Source of the DNA: Octopus vulgaris
Lineage: Eukaryota
Length of the DNA stretch: 64,000 bases
Reading direction: 5' to 3'
Assembly (NCBI GenBank): GCA_951406725.2
Contig: OX597818.1
Location: forward strand, 12,648,001-12,712,000
The position numbers and the translations under genes are program-made. This document shows positions 56,800 through 64,000 of this stretch, piece by piece (position 1 is the first letter of the stretch; the number at the start of each line of letters is the position of its first letter). The notes beneath the pieces are model-generated. The model saw only the letters and a list, made by a program, of their open reading frames with translations, was not told the origin of the DNA and made no database searches.

Positions 56800-57232
56800 T
56801 TCAAGAACAGATTGATGTATTGGTTAGGAGTCAACGGCCTCGGATAGCATAAAGATTAATTTTGTAGCTTAGAAAACTTTAGTTGACATGGAAGGATGCC
56901 AGTCATTCGGCTATTGTAAAAGAGTTACCTGTATCATGATGAATCGCGCCAAGTATTAAGATACCGATAGTATGACTGCTACTCAGTGATCTGTGAACAC
57001 TTTAAAGATGTATAAGGTGTATAGCTGCAACCGAGACTATGAAGCTGTGCTCAGCAGGTAGGGACACAAGAGTCGTTCTTCTACACATCTTAGAACAGAG
57101 TATAAGGATAAATTCATACGTGTATGCGAAGCTGCAGGCAAATGTAATCAATCTCTGACTGATGAGAGTTACTGCTGGAAGGCTATATGTGGGGCAGCAA
57201 GATTAGGCTCCTTGGTGCGAAACCGCGGGTAA
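56800..57232 (+). mobile_element. Second DD37D (maT) transposase relic
   Basis: LHILEQSIRINSYVYAKL..V...LMRVTAGRLYVGQQD*AP is homologous to the PFIFPKGLRV..WVKRV..PYV*QQDS segment at about 17910-18035. Confidence 0.7.
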
Positions 57233-57421
57233 CTGATGTTTTGTTAGAGAATTACTACGATTTCACGATCTAGATTCTGCCTTCCTAATTTCTCCGATTG
57301 TAATCTTATGGACTTCTATAAGTGGGGCACGGTTGCCCTCTCTGCAACACGGCAACACTGCAAAACTGACGTCTGCAAAACTGACGTGGGAAGAATCCAA
57401 CACCATACACACACACGCACA

Positions 57422-57505
<84 letters not shown>

Positions 57506-57568
57506 CAAATGACTGAAATAATTAGAAGAATAGAAGAATAAAAGTATATATATATATATATATATATA

Positions 57569-58104
57569 TAAGCTCTGATAAATAGTTAAATGAAAAATAC
57601 AACACATATCAATTCTTCATTTAATCTCCTTCCAAATAATTCCCCTTGAATCCACTCACTTTATCCAACGCTGTTTCCATTGATGGAAGTATTCCTGAAA
57701 ATCCTTTTGGGGAGGGCAGGCAGCTGCTTGATTACATTTGTTGAGAATTCCACGATGACTTGAAATCATTTTAGGGTCTTCCAATATGAAGCTAGAACTT
57801 TGGTTTCAGTGTCCTATCCATAGACCAACCATTTGTCACATCTTACGGACGTTTTAAAACACCTTTTCTTCTCTTCGACACAATCGAGGAGATCCTGCGC
57901 AGCTGGAACCCGATTCCATTTTTGAGATGACCATGCTTTAAACACTTTTCAGCCAAGCATTGCTATTAACAACAGACGTGAGTGAGAATGTTATAGCTAT
58001 GTGTACATATGCGACAGACTTCACGTTCAGTCAGTGCCAAACGACTTCACTTTGCGTACTTTAGCTTCGTTATCATAGCAACATACGTTTCGAACACATC
58101 TCGT
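57569..58104 (-). mobile_element. Internally deleted mariner element
   Basis: QKWNRVPAAQDLLDCVEE..CDKWLVYG*DTETK is fused to the C-terminal LPKKDFQEYFHQWKQRWIK*VDSRG. TA-flanked ends. Confidence 0.8.
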
Positions 58105-58358
58105 ATATATATATACTGTACTACTTGTTTTGCATTTTACAAATTTTATAGACCAGACATTGTCTACCCAAGAGGAAGAATATTGAATCTGATATTATAT
58201 ATCAGATTCAATATATGTTATTGTATAATATATTGTATAATAATATAAATATCAGAAACATCGACCTATTGTTTTAGTTCACTTTCTGATAAGCGCTATT
58301 AAATCTTGGTAAAGTGTTGCTATTATTTCCTACCATGATCATTTACGTCATCATCACA

Positions 58359-58459
58359 TTCTTCTTCTTCTTCTTCTTCTTCTTCTTCTTCTTCTTCTTC
58401 TTCTTCTTCTTCTTCTTCTTCTTCTTCTTCTTCTTCTTCTTCTTCTTCTTCTTCTTCTT

Positions 58460-58488
<29 letters not shown>
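58359..58488. repeat. Pure (TTC)n microsatellite, about 130 bp
   Basis: Read directly. Confidence 0.97.
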
Positions 58489-58492
<4 letters not shown>

Positions 58493-59014
58493 GTTTCATA
58501 TATTCACATCAAATTAAACTGTTGAAAAGGAAAAAATCCCTAACGTCGGGCTATAACAAGTAACCTTAAATGCCAAGAACCCTCCTAAGCCTCCTAACCT
58601 GTCTCTAATAACTCTGCTTCCTGGAACTATGCTGCACTGGGCTTCATACCTATATCATCTATCCATCTGTTCAAATCTTTATAATGCACATATAACTACA
58701 AGGCTACATTTTACCTTCACCTCCCATAGTCTCTGTAACTCAATTGCTAGCTCCTGGTACTTTGCCATTTTCTATATATACTCATCATATTGGCTTTCTC
58801 ATCATCATTATTATTACTGACATTATTAATGTTATTGTTTTTGTTGCTGTTGATGGTGTTACGTTTTTTTTAAACTTAGAACATACGTCGTCTCGGTATT
58901 ATTTTATTATTGCAATTTCTTTTGCATATATGGGGACAGTTGCATGTATGTATATATATGCATGAATATGTATGGTGAGGTTGGCCTCCCTGTCTTTCTC
59001 ACTTTCTCCCTTTA

Positions 59015-59083
<69 letters not shown>

Positions 59084-59172
59084 CATACATGCATACATGC
59101 ATATATACATACTTACACCCCACCATTTACTGACCTATATATATATATATATACATATACATAGATAGATCG

Positions 59173-59251
<79 letters not shown>

Positions 59252-60654
59252 GCGTGTAAGAAAGAGGGAGAGGTTTGATATGTTGCTGAAATATAAAATT
59301 AGGTAAATAACTTGGTATTTAATGTACACACACGGATGCACATCTACACTGTTATCAACGTGTATACGTGCACAGGCATGCTTTATATACCTATTTGTTC
59401 ATGTTTGTCACCACGCAAGACCCAAACTGTTGGACTTCGTTAGCCATGAAAACATCTAAAGATGTTTGACTCTATTTCGTAAACTCTTAATCACAATTTT
59501 TTGAAAGAAATTCACCAAGATTCAATTGAGATATTTGTCAAAATTTACTTAAAATAATCCCACAATTGAGACACGAATAATAAACGCATAACAAATTATG
59601 GTTACAAGTTCCATATTGGGTGAAAGCAATCAACATTCAAGAAAATTGAAAGTAGTGTAGGCGTGTTTCTGTGACATGTAGTAAATTTGTCTTTCTTCAT
59701 CAGTTTCTCTGGATTTTCTGTCTGTATTTTTTTCTCCAACTTTTCCTGTGTCTGATTTCTTCTTTATTTGCCCTTCATTGTCAAACACAAAACCCTCCTC
59801 CTGCGGCGTACTTTCTACCGCATCTTTCTCAGGTGTGAAATGTATATATTATATATATTCAAATATTGTTTTTTGAAATACCTCATATAAAAAATTTCAT
59901 TTTTTGAAATGAGTTTATGGAACTTCAGATATCGTGGGAGGTAAAAACACATGGTATCATATAACTAATTCAATTGTTTATGTGTAATGTTTATAAAATA
60001 TTTTGGAATTATTTTCTAAGAAACCGTCTGGTAATTGATCTACTATTCGCACATGTATACATAAAGAACATCAAATAACTGATAAAATAATTCTGATTTA
60101 TTTTGAAAAGCTATTCTTTTAGCTCAGAAATGTCATAATTAACCTCAAACTGGATACAAACAAAAACACATTGATTTTCCAATCACTGATATTTTCAAGA
60201 CATTTTTCGTGAAATATCATAGAAAATATAATTTTGAACAAAATAAAAACAAAAAGAAATAATGGAATTAGGATGCAAGAAGAAATTAGACAATAAAAGA
60301 AGACATTTGTACAAAACAATTAGACTATACAGAAAAATTCAAAAACATTACAGGAAGTTGGGATGGAAGAATCAAAGAAAGGGTAAAGAAGATTGGAACG
60401 AATATATAGAATACACCAAAACAAGATGCTGTTTAACATGAAACGAACAGGATCTTGAGAATAAAGGAATGAAACCCAATCAGTGTAAACGGATTAAAAT
60501 TAAAGGAAAACGACGAACGAAGCAGAATTCCGTTGAGTGTCCAATGGAAATTTAAAGAAAAATAAAAGAAATGAATAATAAAAATGAAAGAAAAAACGAA
60601 GGTAGACGTAACTCAATTTAAAATAAGTATAAATTCGTGCTAAAGAATGTAATA

Positions 60655-60830
60655 TTGATTCCAGATTTTGGCACGAAGATAGTAATTTCGGAGGAGTGGG
60701 TATGTCAATTGTACTGACTTATTTTATCGACGCCGGAATGTTGAAAGGCAAAGTTCTCTGGGAAATTTGAATTCAGACCGTGAAGACCGTGGCCGATGTA
60801 CATACAATCCTGCCAGCTCGCCTCCTTAAA
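60655..60830 (-). mobile_element. Family B SINE (partly deleted)
   Basis: attttggcac..cttattttatcgac..gaaaggcaaagt..tcctgccagctcgcc. Confidence 0.7.
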
Positions 60831-61149
60831 GTTATGTATTTTTCAAGTATAGTACATACTATATGTATATCCCTATGAGTCCATAAATACATACATATAT
60901 TCATGCATACACACACACGTATATGCACATGTGTTTATATATGTATGCAAATGCGTGTGTGTGTGTGTGTGTGTGTATGTGTGTAGTTGAAAACGAGTTA
61001 AGAATCCATACAAATGAAAAGTTATAGGTAAAATGTAAAAGTGGAAACAGGAAGGAAGTGTGTCTAAAGATATTTTAAACTTTTATTTTCTTTAATCGGA
61101 CAGGATAAGTATTTTTATATTATATTATATTATAATATATCACACTAAT

Positions 61150-61189
<40 letters not shown>

Positions 61190-61527
61190 GTACATGCAAA
61201 CGATTCTATTTCAGCAACATTTAAATTTTCAGAAGGAATAAATGTTTACCTTGACTGATTATTCAGACGTTGTTCGTGAGACATTCAATGATCTGTAAAA
61301 AAAATAAAATAAAATAAAAAATCTAAAATTACATCGTCTTAAAGTTTTGAAATTGCAATTGGGAAGTTGAATTTAAATTCGCAATTACATTCCATATTTA
61401 AATGATTAAGGAACATTTGGTTGGTAATTCCTAAGATATGTAAATTGTTAGGTCACACAGAGGTACATACACACATACATACATACATACATACATACAT
61501 ACATACATACATACATACATACATACA

Positions 61528-61560
<33 letters not shown>

Positions 61561-61609
61561 GCATACATGCATGCATGCATAAATACATACATATATATTA
61601 ATAACAATA

Positions 61610-61980
61610 ATCCTTAGATAGAATTTATAAAGATTTAATGCATCGCTACGCGTGTCCACAAAACGCGTGTCTCTTGAGATCACAGTACGCATTCCTGAGA
61701 TCCCTAAAGCACAGCCTGTAGTATCCGTGGGTATCTGGTTGAACATCTTCATGAATTCATTTCTTCAGAGATAGATTTTTACCAGTATGAAGCTTAACTC
61801 GCTTAACCTACGACGCACCCATGATATATATATATATATATGTTATTGTGTCTGGGGAGAGTCATTTCCTTTTAGCGCCCTATTATTTAACACGCTCACC
61901 GGTTTCCACTCATTTACTTATTTATTCTTTTCTAAAAGTTTCGTTGGGGTTTGCAACCCTTCCAATAGTCGCTGACTCTG
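61610..61980 (-). mobile_element. Penelope-like fragment plus terminal repeat of the same family as the 16002-16194 arms
   Basis: gtgtctggggagagtcatt..tttaacacgctcaccggtttccactcatttac matches 16005-16070. The tacgcattcctg segment is similar to 55718-55730. Confidence 0.55.
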
Positions 61981-62089
61981 TCCATTATCAGAGCTGCGTT
62001 CATTTTGTTTGCTTGTTTGTGCGCCTGCGCCTGCGTCAGTGTGCATGTCTATACACATATGTAAGTATGTATGTGTGTATGTGTGTATA

Positions 62090-62133
<44 letters not shown>

Positions 62134-62279
62134 CATGTGTGTATGTTTGTACGTATCTATGTATTCGGCGTATTCGCGTGTTTGTGTGTTTGTATGTGTG
62201 TGTATCTTAGATACCATGCAGTTATCATTGGTGCATGTGGTATTCTCAAAGGGGTATTCCTACATAGTTGTGATCTGAT

Positions 62280-62610
62280 AGATCAAAACATCAAAAAGAA
62301 AAGATACTCACAAATTAACCAGTACCAAAAACGAAAGAGGATCCTACTACATGGACTGAAAAACCTCACTACACCACACGAAAGAGAGAGATTCGTAACA
62401 AACATCGAACAAGAATACTACTGAATTAACCATGCCTGTAACAAACACTTTAAGAACAAACTAAAAGGGATGAAACGGTAACAACAACATTTACACCTAG
62501 GAATATACGGTGCAGTATAGCTAGATATGGATGAAATGCATGTTTTTGAGCAGAGGTTCTCAAAACTTTGGGCCACTGCTCCTTCATAGCCACATAACAC
62601 CCACATCGTC
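62280..62610 (+). mobile_element. Decayed GIY-YIG (Penelope-like) C-terminal fragment
   Basis: Frameshifted remnants ERF.., PV.KHF.., LGIYG.., EQRFSKL..AP. Confidence 0.35.
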
Positions 62611-63449
62611 CCACCACTATTTGTATATATAAAAATAATTATTTATATTTTAATAGTTTATATGTACTATGAAACATTTGATATTTAATGTATTATATAA
62701 TTTGTATACAATACTGTAATAATATTATGATAAAGTCATAGCGTCCCCCAATCTACTGCCATCCTCCCAACGACTCCTTTTCCTCTACAAACCTCCACCT
62801 ACCCTTAGGTACAAGTGCTCACCTGGATAGTTTCAACATACTTGTTCTATATGTTGGAAATACAAGTACCTTGTAATTTATCCTGGCAAAATATATTCTT
62901 AAGCATTTAAATTGTACGATAACGTAAATTTAGGAATTATGATCTAATCTATGATTTCGTGCGCAATATCTGATCATGTACAATGTATATCATATTGATA
63001 GTTGTACAAATGGTGAAAAGGTGAAAGTAATGCGGAGAAAAAGTATAGGAAAGTTGAAGAGAGAGCAGCAGAGAGAGAGAGAGAGAGAGAGGGAGAAGGA
63101 GAAAGAGAGAGAAAGAGAGAGAGAGTGGGGGTGAGAAATATATATTTTAACGCAAAAGTATAGAGAATGAGCACATGGTGTACAAGGATTATAATTTTGT
63201 ACTTTGATATATTATGTAGAAATAGCGATGTAAATACAAGAACATTCTAATTAAATCTATTTAATATTCTAATTAAATCATAATACTTCGCACTTTCTCT
63301 GTTTCTTCACTATGAATCTCTTTGAATTACAGAGCACAATATGGATAGCATCAATCTACACTTGCGTACTTAAATAAATACATCAATAAAATGTTGCTCA
63401 GAAATATTATATTTCTTCCGTATGTGTTTTGTTCATAAATATATATATA

Positions 63450-64000
63450 GTTGAAATTTACAGAAAAACGAAGACAGGTTTATAAACAACAAACAGGTGT
63501 ATTAGTTTAACTCTGGGGGATGTGAGAAAGTTTTTTACGTTTCGCGCCTACGCTCTTCAAGAGAAAGAAAAACGAGGAAATACACAGAGAGAGGATAGAA
63601 AACTTTTTGGGCAAGCGGTCAATTACGGCAGTTGGCTGTAAAAAACTAGTTAGACGGGAAAGCTAGGAAGGAGGGGAAATAATAAAGTATTGGTGATCCC
63701 AATACGTAGGTGCGCGTGTGTATGTTTGTGGGAGTGTGTAAGTATGTGCCTGTGGACAGGGACTGGTGACGTGCGGGGATGTGTGATGTGGTTTGGTGCT
63801 GTGTGGTTTGGTATGGTATAATGTGGTGTATTAGTGTGTGGTGTGGGTGGTGGGTTTGGGATATGTGTGGGTGGAGTGTCGATGGAGGAGTAACGATGAA
63901 GGAAGATGGAGTGGTAACGATGAAGGGAGATGGTCGGTATGAATGAAGAGAAGTAGGTGTCAGGGCAAAGGAGAAGAGGAGAGGTGGGTAGGAGTGAAGA
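63450..64000 (-). mobile_element. Penelope-like terminal repeat with hammerhead-like motif and adjoining G/T-rich body
   Basis: Minus strand TTGAAGA-gcg-tagg-cgc-GAAA-cgta at about 63537-63560. Layout parallels 15587-15765. Confidence 0.55.

Noticed and set aside
57158-57225. CTGATGA...GAAAC hammerhead candidate
   Set aside because: No stem II pairing. It lies inside DD37D transposase coding relic sequence.

Overview
This is AT-rich eukaryotic DNA full of microsatellites. Its SINE families and simple-repeat load point to a cephalopod, probably Octopus (an inference from repeat content). I found no intact, recognisable host protein-coding gene, rRNA, functional tRNA or CRISPR array. Almost all long ORFs in the track are microsatellite artefacts or transposon debris. 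The window reads as intergenic or intronic DNA packed with dead transposons: two tRNA-derived SINE families, a Helitron 3' end, DD37D (maT) and mariner transposase relics, Tc1/mariner and hAT MITEs, CR1/L2, RTE and R4/Dong LINE fragments, and several Penelope-like (GIY-YIG) elements whose ends carry degenerate hammerhead-like motifs. The leads worth checking are an unassigned 85-codon ORF at about 20 kb (neuropeptide-like exon or mariner HTH relic), decayed ORFs of unknown origin at 24-26.6 kb and 32-33 kb, and several long fold-back structures. I cannot support a claim of a novel intact system. All translations and alignments were done by eye and boundaries are approximate.
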